Shown: positions 1 through 9,625 of the stretch, piece after piece
Layout: each line of letters begins with the position of its first letter
Position numbering within the stretch: position 1 is the first letter of the stretch
Assembly (NCBI RefSeq): GCF_001481685.1
Contig: NZ_CP006867.1
Location: 540,001 to 572,000 of the forward strand
Length of the DNA stretch: 32,000 nucleotides
Reading direction: 5' to 3'
Source: Ignicoccus islandicus DSM 13165
GTDB lineage: Archaea; Thermoproteota; Thermoprotei_A; Sulfolobales; Ignicoccaceae
The notes under the pieces: model-generated
What the model was told of the DNA's origin: nothing
Seen by the model: the letters and a program-made list of their open reading frames with translations, nothing else
The model's database searches: none
Translations under genes and position numbers: made by a program

Positions 1-1543
1 CGTACTCCCTGACTTCCGGGTAGTGCTTTAAGTCGTTCATGAAGAGCTTCGCTGCCGCTGTTTCACCTGGTACTTCCTCAACGTTGAATGGTTCACCCAT
101 TTCAACGGTAAGCCTCGAAGCAATATCTGCCATCCTCTTTATCATTTCATCTTCTAGTTGAATAGCCTTCTCTTTAGTACCAACGTCCTCGCTCGTCCAG
201 ACCTCGGGGTCACCTAGCAAGATGGCTGCTGCTTCGGGCATGCCTATTGCACCAATGGTATTGAAGTGCGTCTTAGTCCACTCGGGGCTGTATTCCCAGA
301 CCATGCTGTAGAAGTTTCTGTAGTTCTTCATCAGCCTCAAGTAGTGAGCTCTCCACCAGCTAAGCCATTTAGCAACTAACTCTACTCTTTCTTCAAGGAT
401 GTTGAAGAACGTATCAACGTCTCCCCTTGCATCGAGGGCGATTCTAGGTAGGTTAACCGTGACGACGCCTATACTACCAGTTATGTCTGGAATTGCCCAC
501 ATCCCACCGAGTCTGCCCTTTGCTAGCCTTTCGAGCTCTTCTTTCCTCTGATCTTCTAAGCTCTTTAAGCGGAGGCCGCCGAGCAATGCCTTGTTAACGT
601 CGTCCTTCTTGACTACATATCTACAGCACATTGCGAAGGCTGAATCTGGATCAATCACCTTTGTGTTTAGCCAGTAGTAGCTTCCCATCTTAGCTGCCGT
701 TCCGAATATTGCATCGAAGAGCTCGGCGTCATTATAGAAGTCCTTGGCAGTGGGCATCAAAGTAGGAATGGGGAAGGTGAACGGTTGCCTCTGAGCGTCC
801 CCTCTTTGAAGTACCTTACCTAGTTGTATTAACCACCTCCTAGCTTCGTCTAGGTAGTCGCCTAGAAGATCGCCGGTGGAGGCGCCTCCATTTACAGCTG
901 GTTGATCTAACATATACTTACTCTCGGTATACGTCACAGTGATGTTAGTGAAAGGCGTTTGCATTCCTGGCCTCCATGGCAAGTTAAGTTCGTAATATAA
1001 GGTCTGAATACCTTGTCTTATCTCCTCATCGCTGAGGTGTTCCTTTGCTATGAAGGGAGCGACCCAAAGTTCTAAACTTCCATACGCTTGAGCACCTGTC
1101 CAGTATTGTTGCATCATGGCAAGGAAGTTAGCCGCATGGGCCATCGCAACTTGGTAATGCCTAGCGGGACCCGCAACTATAGTAGGGGTCTTGAGTCCCT
1201 TCTTTAACACTCTCGAATAGTCGTTACCGTTACAGTAGGGGAGGAATACGCTTTGCGGTAGCTTGTGAACATATACTATACCCTCCTTATGTGCAGAAAT
1301 CATGTCCTTTGGCATGACTTCCTCAACGACGCTCTCCCATAGATACCTCTCAGCAGCCTCGAGAAGCAACTTGTTTGGACCTTGGTACTCGTTGCTGTTT
1401 ACGCTTCTCCCCATGAGGTCCTCTAAAGTTGTGCTAGGCTGCTTAGAGTTAGTGAAGCCCAATTGCGTTAGGTGATCGCCTTTCTTCTTAGGTATTTGCA
1501 TCCTCATACCCGATTCCCAATACTTACTAGCACTATGCTCCAT
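1..1543 (-). CDS. nrdD: Anaerobic ribonucleoside-triphosphate reductase (NrdD), 3' end outside window
   Basis: My manual translation from the ATG at 1543 (MEHSASKYWESGMRMQIPKKKGDHLTQLG...) is open to the window edge. It contains NELNLPWRPGMQTPFTNITVTYTES, QRGDAQRQPFTFPIPTLMPT and GMWAIPDITGSIGVVTVNLPRIA, typical of class III RNR. It is absent from the ORF track because it is truncated. Confidence 0.88.
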   Translation of the reverse strand, partial: MEHSASKYWESGMRMQIPKKKGDHLTQLGFTNSKQPSTTLEDLMGRSVNSNEYQGPNKLLLEAAERYLWESVVEEVMPKDMISAHKEGIVYVHKLPQSVFLPYCNGNDYSRVLKKGLKTPTIVAGPARHYQVAMAHAANFLAMMQQYWTGAQAYGSLELWVAPFIAKEHLSDEEIRQGIQTLYYELNLPWRPGMQTPFTNITVTYTESKYMLDQPAVNGGASTGDLLGDYLDEARRWLIQLGKVLQRGDAQRQPFTFPIPTLMPTAKDFYNDAELFDAIFGTAAKMGSYYWLNTKVIDPDSAFAMCCRYVVKKDDVNKALLGGLRLKSLEDQRKEELERLAKGRLGGMWAIPDITGSIGVVTVNLPRIALDARGDVDTFFNILEERVELVAKWLSWWRAHYLRLMKNYRNFYSMVWEYSPEWTKTHFNTIGAIGMPEAAAILLGDPEVWTSEDVGTKEKAIQLEDEMIKRMADIASRLTVEMGEPFNVEEVPGETAAAKLFMNDLKHYPEVREY

Positions 1544-1692
1544 TTTCAGAGGGGTCGTCGTATTATCGGAATATTACTAGGTGACACAAATGTAAGACCG
1601 CGTATTCGACTTTATATCCAAGTTTTGTAAGGAGAATTCGTTCAGTTCACTTTCACCAAACTCTCTAGCTTTAAGAGGTATCAATCGAAGTA

Positions 1693-2058
1693 TCAATCAC
1701 CGAAGAGCGTCTCGCGAAATTGCTTTAGATCGTTTATCTCCTCAAGTATCATTTCTTGGGGAACGTTAACGCGTCCTTTCAGACTCATTTTTAGAAGTTC
1801 CTCTAAGATCTCCTTCTCGTCTTCAATGCCTACGAGCCTATAGTACTTCCTTAGTAACTCGAAATCTTCCCCTTCGCCCTCATTCATCTCTCTAAGAGAC
1901 CTCCTTAGTTCCCTTAAACGAGTTAGGATTTCAATTATTCTATTGTCTATCCCATCATCGCTTGGCAACTCCTTCAGCATTTCTATTATATCTTGGAGCT
2001 CTTCAAGCAATTTTATTTGCTCTTCGGATGCCTTCAAATAGTCCCCAAATGGAATCAC
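1693..2058 (-). CDS. Hypothetical charged alpha-helical protein (121 aa)
   Basis: Open frame in a gap between nrdD and the ABCE1 gene; same strand; Leu/Glu/Arg-rich, likely coiled-coil. Confidence 0.6.
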   Translation of the reverse strand: MIPFGDYLKASEEQIKLLEELQDIIEMLKELPSDDGIDNRIIEILTRLRELRRSLREMNEGEGEDFELLRKYYRLVGIEDEKEILEELLKMSLKGRVNVPQEMILEEINDLKQFRETLFGD

Positions 2059-2112
2059 GATCCCTCCCCGCGAGTTTCACTTCTTCCCTATCCGAAATTT
2101 AAATATAGGTAG

Positions 2113-3915
2113 CTACTCCTTGCTAGGCAGAGTATAGTAGTATTCTCCTATTGATTTCTGATATCGGTCTAAACGGCTACCCTCCTTATTTACTCTAGGT
2201 CTACCTGTCTCGGCATCTCTTCTGAACGTTACACCTAGTTCCTTCAAGAATTCATTCATTCCTCGTCTCAAGCTCATGGGTGGTAATGCATGACCGCGTT
2301 TACCGGGAGTTCCTTGGAATATCATGACCCTTGTAGCTATCAAGTCCATGATTACCAGGTCGTGATCAACGACAAAGGCCGTTACCCCCTTACTTTCTAC
2401 AACGTGACGTATAGCATTTCCCACGGCTAGCCTCTCTTCTACATCTAGGAACGCAGAAGGTTCATCAAAGAGATAAACGTCTGCATCCAAACCTAAAGCG
2501 ACTGCCACTGCCACCTTTTGGAGCTCACCGCCGGAAAGTCCCTTTATCTCTTTTTCCAATAACTTATTCAAACCTAAGCGCTTAACCACTTCTACGTAGT
2601 ACCAAGAAGAGGTATCCAAGAAGTCCTCTCGGACCCTCTTCAGGAGCTCCTTGACCGTTCCAAATCGTTTAAACATTTCTGGTGACACGTACTGAGGCTT
2701 ATAGGAGAGCTTGAGACCTTCGGTTGGAACGAATCCTTCGTCGGGCTTCAGTTCACCTACTAACATTCTAATGAATGTAGTTTTACCTATTCCGTTAGGA
2801 CCTAGTATTCCAATGACTTCTCCTCTCCTAGCATCACCGGGCTCTACCTCTAGTTCGAAATCACCAATCCTCTTGAACATCCTATCCCAGGTCAAATATA
2901 CTTCTGTTGGAAGGAACTTCTCCCTCGCTTCAGGGGTTTCGAACCTTATTGGTCTATCCCTTATTCTCATATTTTCTGAAGGTAAGTAGCCCTTTATGTA
3001 GTGATTGATGCCCACCCTAACGCTATAGGGTTGAGACACTATACCATAGACACCAGGAACGCCATATATTACGTGAACGAGATCGGAGATGTAGTCAAGC
3101 ACAGCAAGATCGTGCTCTATAACTAATACATAGCGATTCCTTGGTATTAAGTTCCTTATAGCTCTAGCTGCAGATAACCTCTCCTTGACATCGAGGTACG
3201 CTGTGGGTTCGTCGAAAGCATATACGTCCACGTCTTTCTCAATGACTGCTGCAATTAGAAGCCGCTGCATCTCACCTCCCGAAAGGTTTCTTACATCTCT
3301 ATTAAGGAGATGAGTTAGGTTTAGTTGCTCAACTACTTCTCTAAATACCCCTCTTTCATCAGCCTTCTTAAGTAGCTCACCTACAGTTCCTTTGAGTAAC
3401 TTCGCTGCTTGGGTTATGTATTGCGGCTTGTATACAGCCCTTATCTTACCATCTCTCAAGTCTTTAATGTAGTTAAATAACTCAGTTCCCTTGAACTTAG
3501 ATAGAACTTCGTCCCAACTGGCTTCCTTCTTCCCGAGATTGGGTTTCAAAATTCCGGTTAGAATCTTCATTGAAGTACTCTTACCAGCACCGTTCCTTCC
3601 TATAATGCCAATAACTTCATTTCTCTTAGGTATTGGTAGGCCATAGAGAGCGAAGCCGTTCTCACCATACCTATGCACTAGTTTGTCCTCTATCTCTTCG
3701 GGTAGATTTTCAATATGGATTGCACCGAATGGGCACTTCTTAATACATATACCGCAACCTGTACAAACGTCTTCGTATATTACCGGTTTACCATCCTCAC
3801 CTAGCTCTATTGCCTTCTTCACTCCACTTTTATTTATTGGACAGAACCTTATGCACTCGTAGTTACATTTGTTAGGCTTGCAAAGATCTTTGTCGATAAC
3901 TGCTATTCTTACCAT
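2113..3915 (-). CDS. ABCE1/RLI-type ribosome recycling ATPase
   Basis: 600 aa: N-terminal Fe-S region (CNYECIRFCPINKSG, CTGCGICIKKCPFGAI), two Walker A motifs (GRNGAGKST, GPNGIGKTT) and two signature motifs (NLSGGEMQR, GLSGGELQK). Confidence 0.96.
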   Translation of the reverse strand: MVRIAVIDKDLCKPNKCNYECIRFCPINKSGVKKAIELGEDGKPVIYEDVCTGCGICIKKCPFGAIHIENLPEEIEDKLVHRYGENGFALYGLPIPKRNEVIGIIGRNGAGKSTSMKILTGILKPNLGKKEASWDEVLSKFKGTELFNYIKDLRDGKIRAVYKPQYITQAAKLLKGTVGELLKKADERGVFREVVEQLNLTHLLNRDVRNLSGGEMQRLLIAAVIEKDVDVYAFDEPTAYLDVKERLSAARAIRNLIPRNRYVLVIEHDLAVLDYISDLVHVIYGVPGVYGIVSQPYSVRVGINHYIKGYLPSENMRIRDRPIRFETPEAREKFLPTEVYLTWDRMFKRIGDFELEVEPGDARRGEVIGILGPNGIGKTTFIRMLVGELKPDEGFVPTEGLKLSYKPQYVSPEMFKRFGTVKELLKRVREDFLDTSSWYYVEVVKRLGLNKLLEKEIKGLSGGELQKVAVAVALGLDADVYLFDEPSAFLDVEERLAVGNAIRHVVESKGVTAFVVDHDLVIMDLIATRVMIFQGTPGKRGHALPPMSLRRGMNEFLKELGVTFRRDAETGRPRVNKEGSRLDRYQKSIGEYYYTLPSKE

Positions 3916-3922
3916 TCGTTAA

Positions 3923-5122
3923 TTACCCATCGTGATGCTTGAGCGATTCTAACTTAACTCTTAGGGCTTCAGCATGGTATTTCATACCCTCTAATTCAGC
4001 GATCTTGATCGCTAGTTCAATTAACTTAATCGATTCGGGATAGCTCTTGACTATTGCCATCCATCGGTAGAAGTCTAGAGGGGAAAGGGGTCCTCTAGCT
4101 CTCGCCCATTTAGAAGTAGGCAGAACGTGGTTAGGGCCTGCGGAGTAATCAATTAATGGACTAGGGGTCTTGATACTTATCGCACCGCTTATAGGTAGTT
4201 CGAAGGAATCAACGAACGAGCTGACGTGTTCGGGTGCGATCTCGTTGGTTATCTCTATCGCTTCACTAATATTTCTGACGACGTAGGAGTATAAATTATC
4301 GTGTTCAAAATCTGAGACGAGGTCACTTACTTTCTCTTCTAGCTCAGTCGATGTAGTTAAGAGGAGTGCGAAGCTCAGTGGTCCGTGTTCCGCTTGAGCC
4401 ATCATATCGTACGCCACTTCCTTAGGGTTCGCTGTTTCATCGGCTATTACGACCAATTCCGTGGGTCCAGCGATCATATCAATTGGTACGTCAACGCTTA
4501 CGAGAACCTTACCCGCTTGAACGTATGGTCCTCCTGGTCCTACTATTTTATGAACTTTAGCCACGTATGCAAGTGCCGCGATGCCGTGAGCACCACCCGC
4601 TAGTATTACTTCATCTACGTCGGATGCAACGAGAGCGGCTCTAACGGCGGGATTGAACGCCGCCTTAGGTGGCGTACTCACAATTACTTCTCTTACACCA
4701 AGTCTTTTAGCCAATCCAGCCGTCATTAAGATCGTAGAAGGGTACGGAAATATACCTCCGGGTGAATAAACTCCCAGTCGTTTAATAGGAAACCAGAGAA
4801 TTTCGCCCGCTATTCCATTGCTTCGAATGGATGAATTGGGAGGGAGGACTGACCTATTAAAGGCCTCTAGCTGATCTAAGACTTCTTGAAAGACATTTAC
4901 AAGTTCCTCATCAACATTTCTCTGTAACTCATTTTTCTCTAATATTAGTTTCTCACCGTCGTAGTTATCGAATTTTTTGACGTATTTGGAGAGAGCTTCC
5001 ATACCGTTTAGCCTTATCTCTTTGACAACGTCTTTCACTTTCTCCATGTAATCCCATAGATCCATTTTCCTTTCTATTATAGGTTCTAATTGCTTCTTGT
5101 TTCTTAAGCGTTTTAATGACAT
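3923..5122 (-). CDS. hisD: Histidinol dehydrogenase
   Basis: 399 aa with YSPGGIFPYPSTILM, AGGAHGIAALAY, KIVGPGGPYV, DMIAGPTELVVIAD, MMAQAEHGP and SAGPNHVLPT. Confidence 0.95.
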   Translation of the reverse strand: MSLKRLRNKKQLEPIIERKMDLWDYMEKVKDVVKEIRLNGMEALSKYVKKFDNYDGEKLILEKNELQRNVDEELVNVFQEVLDQLEAFNRSVLPPNSSIRSNGIAGEILWFPIKRLGVYSPGGIFPYPSTILMTAGLAKRLGVREVIVSTPPKAAFNPAVRAALVASDVDEVILAGGAHGIAALAYVAKVHKIVGPGGPYVQAGKVLVSVDVPIDMIAGPTELVVIADETANPKEVAYDMMAQAEHGPLSFALLLTTSTELEEKVSDLVSDFEHDNLYSYVVRNISEAIEITNEIAPEHVSSFVDSFELPISGAISIKTPSPLIDYSAGPNHVLPTSKWARARGPLSPLDFYRWMAIVKSYPESIKLIELAIKIAELEGMKYHAEALRVKLESLKHHDG

Positions 5123-5196
5123 GGTACTTCACCATGAAATCTAATTTTCGGTACCCGGCCTATCAAACGTTAATCTAGATTAAAGCAATTATAGAA

Positions 5197-5871
5197 GTGG
5201 AGGTCCCTGTGAAAGTTAAAGTTAAGTTTTATTCAGTATATCGAGACAAGCTAGGCGAGGAAAAAGAGTACGAACTAAGGGAAGGAGCGACCGTTAGTGA
5301 CCTTCTGGAAATTTTAAAAGAAGAACTCGGCGAACTCTATGAATTAGCCAAACCAGTGGTTTTAGTCAATAAGAGATATGCCGACGAAAGGGAGCCGCTT
5401 AGTGAGGAGTATCGGATTGACGTAATACCACCGGCCGCCGGGGGGAGAAGGAGAGCTATTGTAACATTCGATAAAGATATAGATGTGAATGAAGTAATAA
5501 AAGATTTATCTAACCCGGAAAGCGGAGCCATTGTTTTATTCGTTGGATTCGTCAAATCGAAAGGAGGTCTCGTCAAAGAGTTAGTCTACGAAGCCCACGA
5601 AGATTTAGAAAAATTCATTGAAGAGAAGATAGATGAAGTTGTTAGGGAGAGAAACTTAATTGATGCTTTAGTAGTTCAGTTCTTAGGACCTAGAAAGGTC
5701 GGAGAGAAAACTCTAATTGTCGCGACCTCTGCCACGAGCAGGGAAGAGGCGTTTCAAGGGGCAAGGGAGCTCTTGGAAAAAATGAAGCACGAGGTTCCAA
5801 TTTGGAAACTAGAGAGGAGGGTTGACGGTGAATATTGGTTGGTTGGAGATAAGGAATTAAAGAGGCTCTGA
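5197..5871 (+). CDS. MoaD-MoaE fusion, molybdopterin synthase small plus large subunits
   Basis: N-terminal beta-grasp MoaD ending in IPPAAGG, followed directly by a MoaE domain (SGAIVLFVGFVK...LLEKMKHEVPIWKLERRVDGEYWLVG), 224 aa. Confidence 0.88.
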   Translation: MEVPVKVKVKFYSVYRDKLGEEKEYELREGATVSDLLEILKEELGELYELAKPVVLVNKRYADEREPLSEEYRIDVIPPAAGGRRRAIVTFDKDIDVNEVIKDLSNPESGAIVLFVGFVKSKGGLVKELVYEAHEDLEKFIEEKIDEVVRERNLIDALVVQFLGPRKVGEKTLIVATSATSREEAFQGARELLEKMKHEVPIWKLERRVDGEYWLVGDKELKRL

Positions 5872-5921
5872 AGCTGGACCTACCTCATCCACTCGGGACC
5901 GGCCAAGTTTCTTCACAGCCT

Positions 5922-6164
5922 TTACAAGTGCTTTGCAACGATGAACGATGTCGTAGTCCTTATAACTCCTGGCAGCTTAAGAACCTTTTCTCTTAGTATT
6001 TTAGCTAACTCAGTATAGTTACTGGCCTCCATCTTTATAACGAAATCATACGTTCCGGTTACCTCATATATCTCCTTCACGCCATCTATCTGCTTTAGCT
6101 TATCTGGAAGTTCCGTTACCCTTGACGGCTCTACTGTCATAAAGACGAGTGCTTGGACTGCCAC
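5922..6164 (-). CDS. Stand-alone Lrp/AsnC ligand-binding (RAM) domain protein
   Basis: 80 aa: ALVFMTVEPSRVTELPDKLKQIDGVKEIYEVTGTYDFVIKMEA; no HTH. Confidence 0.85.
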   Translation of the reverse strand: MAVQALVFMTVEPSRVTELPDKLKQIDGVKEIYEVTGTYDFVIKMEASNYTELAKILREKVLKLPGVIRTTTSFIVAKHL

Positions 6165-6262
6165 GTATCTCAGCCCACTGGAAGTGGGCCTAGATGGTTA
6201 TATTTGTATTAGTCAGTCGTTTAGTCATAAAGGTTTGTCCACGGAATTAAGGCGGATGAGAA

Positions 6263-7474
6263 ATGGAAATTTCGGTTAACGAAGTAATAGAAATGATATT
6301 GAAGTTCATGAGAAGTTATCAGAAAACGGGGGAGACACCGGGCATACTGCTCTTAGGTGCACCGGGCATAGGTAAAAGCGAAGCAATAGTTGAAAGCGCG
6401 CGTATAATGGCAAACGAAATGGGTCTTCATTTCTGGATATATGAAAGTAGAAAGGAACCAGAGAAACCTCTAAGCGAAACTTTTACCTTGGTTGCACTGA
6501 GATTGGATATGATAAAACCAGAGGACCTAACCGGAATACCGCAAATCCATGGTGACGAAGAAGTCTTCGATTACAAACTCCCTAGATGGGTCAAAGTTTT
6601 ACGAGAATCGGCAGGGGGCATGTTGTTCCTAGATGAGTTCACGAACGTTGCTGACGATACTTTGATGAGCGCAGCATTCGAGATACTACTCAACAAAAGC
6701 GTAAATATGTACAAGTTTAACAAGCTAGTAGTGGCGGCGGGTAATCCCCCTGAATATAGTACGTTAGCTAGACCACTCCCTCTACCATTACTTTCCGGAA
6801 GGCTTGCAGTATTTTACGTAAGAGCACCTAAATTAGAAGAATGGCTCGATTACATGCAAGAAAAATATGGAGAGAATTGGGCACCTGAGGTTTATTCGTT
6901 CTTGGTTCAACATCCAAACTTGTTCCTATCTGTTCCAAGTGAAGGAGAGGGACTGGAACCGTTCCCGACGCCGAGGGCTTGGTCGAAATTAGCTATAGAG
7001 CTTCAAACGTCTTGGAGGGATGAGATCGATAAACTACGAGAGGAGTCTCCAGTTGAGTCATCCGCTCATGCTCGAAGCAAGAAGGTAGGTATCGCAGGGA
7101 AACTTACTGCATTAGCGAGTGCCTTCGTAGGTAAGGAGGCTGGTACTCTATTCGTTGCATGGCTCCGTGTGAAACCACCTTCGCTCGAGGACGTTCTAAA
7201 ATCTCCTGAGCTAATAAAAGAGCTAAATGAAGAGCAGAAATACATGTTGATAACGCAGCTAGTTAATTCGTTGAATAGACCTAAATGGAAGGATAGGACC
7301 TATTATGTAATAAATGCTTTCAACAAGGTAAACGAAGTCAAGTACGCCGTAATGGCTCTGCGTTTGCTCCCAAAGAAAAAGAGAAGCGAATTTATGAGCT
7401 ATCTCAAAGATCGCGATAAGAAATTATGGAATAAACTCAATTTCGAGCTCAGATTAGCTAGAGTTTGGCACTAA
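6263..7474 (+). CDS. MoxR-family AAA+ ATPase
   Basis: Walker A GAPGIGKSE, Walker B MLFLDEF, sensor VVAAGNPPEYSTLARPLP; 403 aa. Confidence 0.85.
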   Translation: MEISVNEVIEMILKFMRSYQKTGETPGILLLGAPGIGKSEAIVESARIMANEMGLHFWIYESRKEPEKPLSETFTLVALRLDMIKPEDLTGIPQIHGDEEVFDYKLPRWVKVLRESAGGMLFLDEFTNVADDTLMSAAFEILLNKSVNMYKFNKLVVAAGNPPEYSTLARPLPLPLLSGRLAVFYVRAPKLEEWLDYMQEKYGENWAPEVYSFLVQHPNLFLSVPSEGEGLEPFPTPRAWSKLAIELQTSWRDEIDKLREESPVESSAHARSKKVGIAGKLTALASAFVGKEAGTLFVAWLRVKPPSLEDVLKSPELIKELNEEQKYMLITQLVNSLNRPKWKDRTYYVINAFNKVNEVKYAVMALRLLPKKKRSEFMSYLKDRDKKLWNKLNFELRLARVWH

Positions 7475-9242
7475 CTGCCACTTCTTTTTGGCTCCTTTCT
7501 TCTCTCATAACCTTCAAGAATTCCTTTAGGAGATAGAAGTTGAATATTAGTTCTACGATGGTTATCGCTTCGACCGCTGCGAGTGTAACGTTACCCTTCG
7601 CCGCAATGGTTACGGGAGCAATGTAGGCAACGTAAATGAGGAGCGCTAGGGTGACGGTAACCCATAGGAAGCCCGCTGGAGCCAAGACCGTAACTTGGTA
7701 TCTCTTTGGTGCCTTTAGGTCCTTTATAACCCATGCTGCAACGGTCATTAACGCTATGGAAGCTAGCATCTGATTAACGCCACTGAATGCAGGCCATAGA
7801 AGTAAGTAAGCTCCACTCCAAGCTAAACTGAAGCCTAACAACGCGGCGATTACTGAGCTGACCCACGCATTACCTAGTAGAGTCTTATCGAGCTTCAAGT
7901 CCTCCATTAGCTCGCTCCACGTGAACCTAGCTAGTCTTACTGTAGTATCTAGAGTCGTTAAAGCGAACGAAGTTATCCACAAGCCCGCGAATAACGCTAG
8001 TGTACTTATAGGTAGATGAAGGGCCGTTCCAACGGCCGCTCCGAAGGTCTTTGAGAATATACCGGCTGGACCACCGAAAGCGGACATAACTTTCGCGTAT
8101 TTGTTCCCGAATTCAACAGGGTTCGATAGTATTGCGGAAATTTCTTGAGGCTGAAGTTTTAATGTTATACCGTAAGCTGAGGGATTCGTTAGCATTAAAG
8201 GCAGCATAGCTGCTATCGAGGCGACTACTAGTGTAGACAAAAGGCCTTCTGCGAACATGGAACCGTAGCCTACTAAGAGACCGCTTAATTCGCTATCCAG
8301 CTGCTTGGAAGTAGTACCGCTGGCGACCAAGCTATGGAATCCGCTCAATGCACCGCAAGCTATTACTAAAGGTACTATTGGCCAGAAGGGAGAGGCAACG
8401 CCGAGCACAGGTGCCATGAAGCTAGTATAGGCTGGTACCTTTAATTCTCCAAATAAGACAACTAAGCCCACGACGCCTATAGCTAGGCCGAAATACAACA
8501 GCAGAGAGTTCATGAAGTCTCTGGGTTGTAAGAGAACCCATACTGGAAGACTAGCGGCAATTACAGTGTAAACTAACAAGACTACTATCCACTCGTTATA
8601 TGATAACTTTATAGGAAAGTTCTCCGCAACTAGGACGCTAATTAGTATGAAAAGCGCTGCCACTCCAGCCGCGTAGGTTGGCTTCAATGACTTTTGATAC
8701 ATTAGGTAACCTAGAACTAAAGCTAAAGCTATCTGAGTAAGCGACGCCGTTGCGACTACTGGTATTGCTGTGAACAGCTTGCCTATGACGGCACCGAAGG
8801 CCGCGATTACTAACAAGAGGGCGAAGTATATGAATATTGAGAAGGCCCTTCCCATGCTTTTACTTATCAACCTCCCAGATATCCACTGAATGCTCCTTCC
8901 GTCGTACCTTACACTAGCCATGAGAGATAGGTAGTCGTGTACTGCACCGACAAAGACGTTCCCAAACCATATCCAAAGTATTGGTAGGAGCCAACCCCAT
9001 CCCATTGCCATTGCCGGTCCGACTATGGGACCGGCACCTGCAATTGAAGCGAAGTGGTGGCCCATTAACACGTACTTGTTCGTTGGCACGAAGTCAACGC
9101 CGTCGAAGAATTTCTTCGCGGGAACTTCTCTTTCTGCGCTAGCCTTAACCACTTTCTTCTCGAGAACGTTGCGACCATAGAGAATATAGGTAGTAGCGTA
9201 AATTACGAGTGCTATTACAACCAGTAAAGTGGTAGTTATCAA
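7458..9242 (-). CDS. cstA: CstA-family carbon starvation/peptide transporter
   Basis: 594 aa polytopic protein with HHFASIAGAGPIVGPAMAMGWGWLLPILWIWFGNVFVGAVHDYLSLMASVRYDGRSI and TTLDTTVRLARF. Confidence 0.93.
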   Translation of the reverse strand: MITTTLLVVIALVIYATTYILYGRNVLEKKVVKASAEREVPAKKFFDGVDFVPTNKYVLMGHHFASIAGAGPIVGPAMAMGWGWLLPILWIWFGNVFVGAVHDYLSLMASVRYDGRSIQWISGRLISKSMGRAFSIFIYFALLLVIAAFGAVIGKLFTAIPVVATASLTQIALALVLGYLMYQKSLKPTYAAGVAALFILISVLVAENFPIKLSYNEWIVVLLVYTVIAASLPVWVLLQPRDFMNSLLLYFGLAIGVVGLVVLFGELKVPAYTSFMAPVLGVASPFWPIVPLVIACGALSGFHSLVASGTTSKQLDSELSGLLVGYGSMFAEGLLSTLVVASIAAMLPLMLTNPSAYGITLKLQPQEISAILSNPVEFGNKYAKVMSAFGGPAGIFSKTFGAAVGTALHLPISTLALFAGLWITSFALTTLDTTVRLARFTWSELMEDLKLDKTLLGNAWVSSVIAALLGFSLAWSGAYLLLWPAFSGVNQMLASIALMTVAAWVIKDLKAPKRYQVTVLAPAGFLWVTVTLALLIYVAYIAPVTIAAKGNVTLAAVEAITIVELIFNFYLLKEFLKVMREERSQKEVAVSAKL

Positions 9243-9352
9243 TCTCTCACCATCTCTCTAATGCAAACTAGTAGGTTTTAATTAATTGCTCTTTTGAGAA
9301 GGAATGCTATATTTAAACTGTCATTTAAACATGCAATAACCGAGTCATTAGG

Positions 9353-9625
9353 GTGAAGCAAGAAATGAAGTTCTTTGAGAAGATCTTGGAAACAGTAATA
9401 GGTTTCGTTAATCTGAGAGCCACGGAGTACATTGAAATGGAACTAGAAGAACTAGAGCACCTCTTCGCACTCATAACGTTGGGCTTCTTGGCGGGTTATC
9501 CTCTCATACCGATTTCGACTTCGCTTAAGCTACTACCGTACCTTGAGAAGGAGATCTATCTTATGTTCAATAGGATAGAATACCTTGACGATCAGCTAGG
9601 TATAATAGGTTTCGACATAGAATGA
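9353..9625 (+). CDS. Hypothetical 90 aa helical/hydrophobic protein, first gene of an ArsA-like module
   Basis: The stop overlaps the start of the next gene (ATGA-type overlap, 9622-9625). It has a central hydrophobic segment, HLFALITLGFLAGYPLIPISTSL. Confidence 0.65.
   Translation: MKQEMKFFEKILETVIGFVNLRATEYIEMELEELEHLFALITLGFLAGYPLIPISTSLKLLPYLEKEIYLMFNRIEYLDDQLGIIGFDIE

Noticed and set aside
1665-1705. Short direct repeat tatcaatc...tatcaatc near the start of the gap after nrdD
   Set aside because: Two 8-nt copies only; no array, no spacer regularity, not CRISPR.
2711-2989. Plus-strand ORFs 2711-2989 and 4385-4603
   Set aside because: Shadow frames antisense to ABCE1 and hisD.
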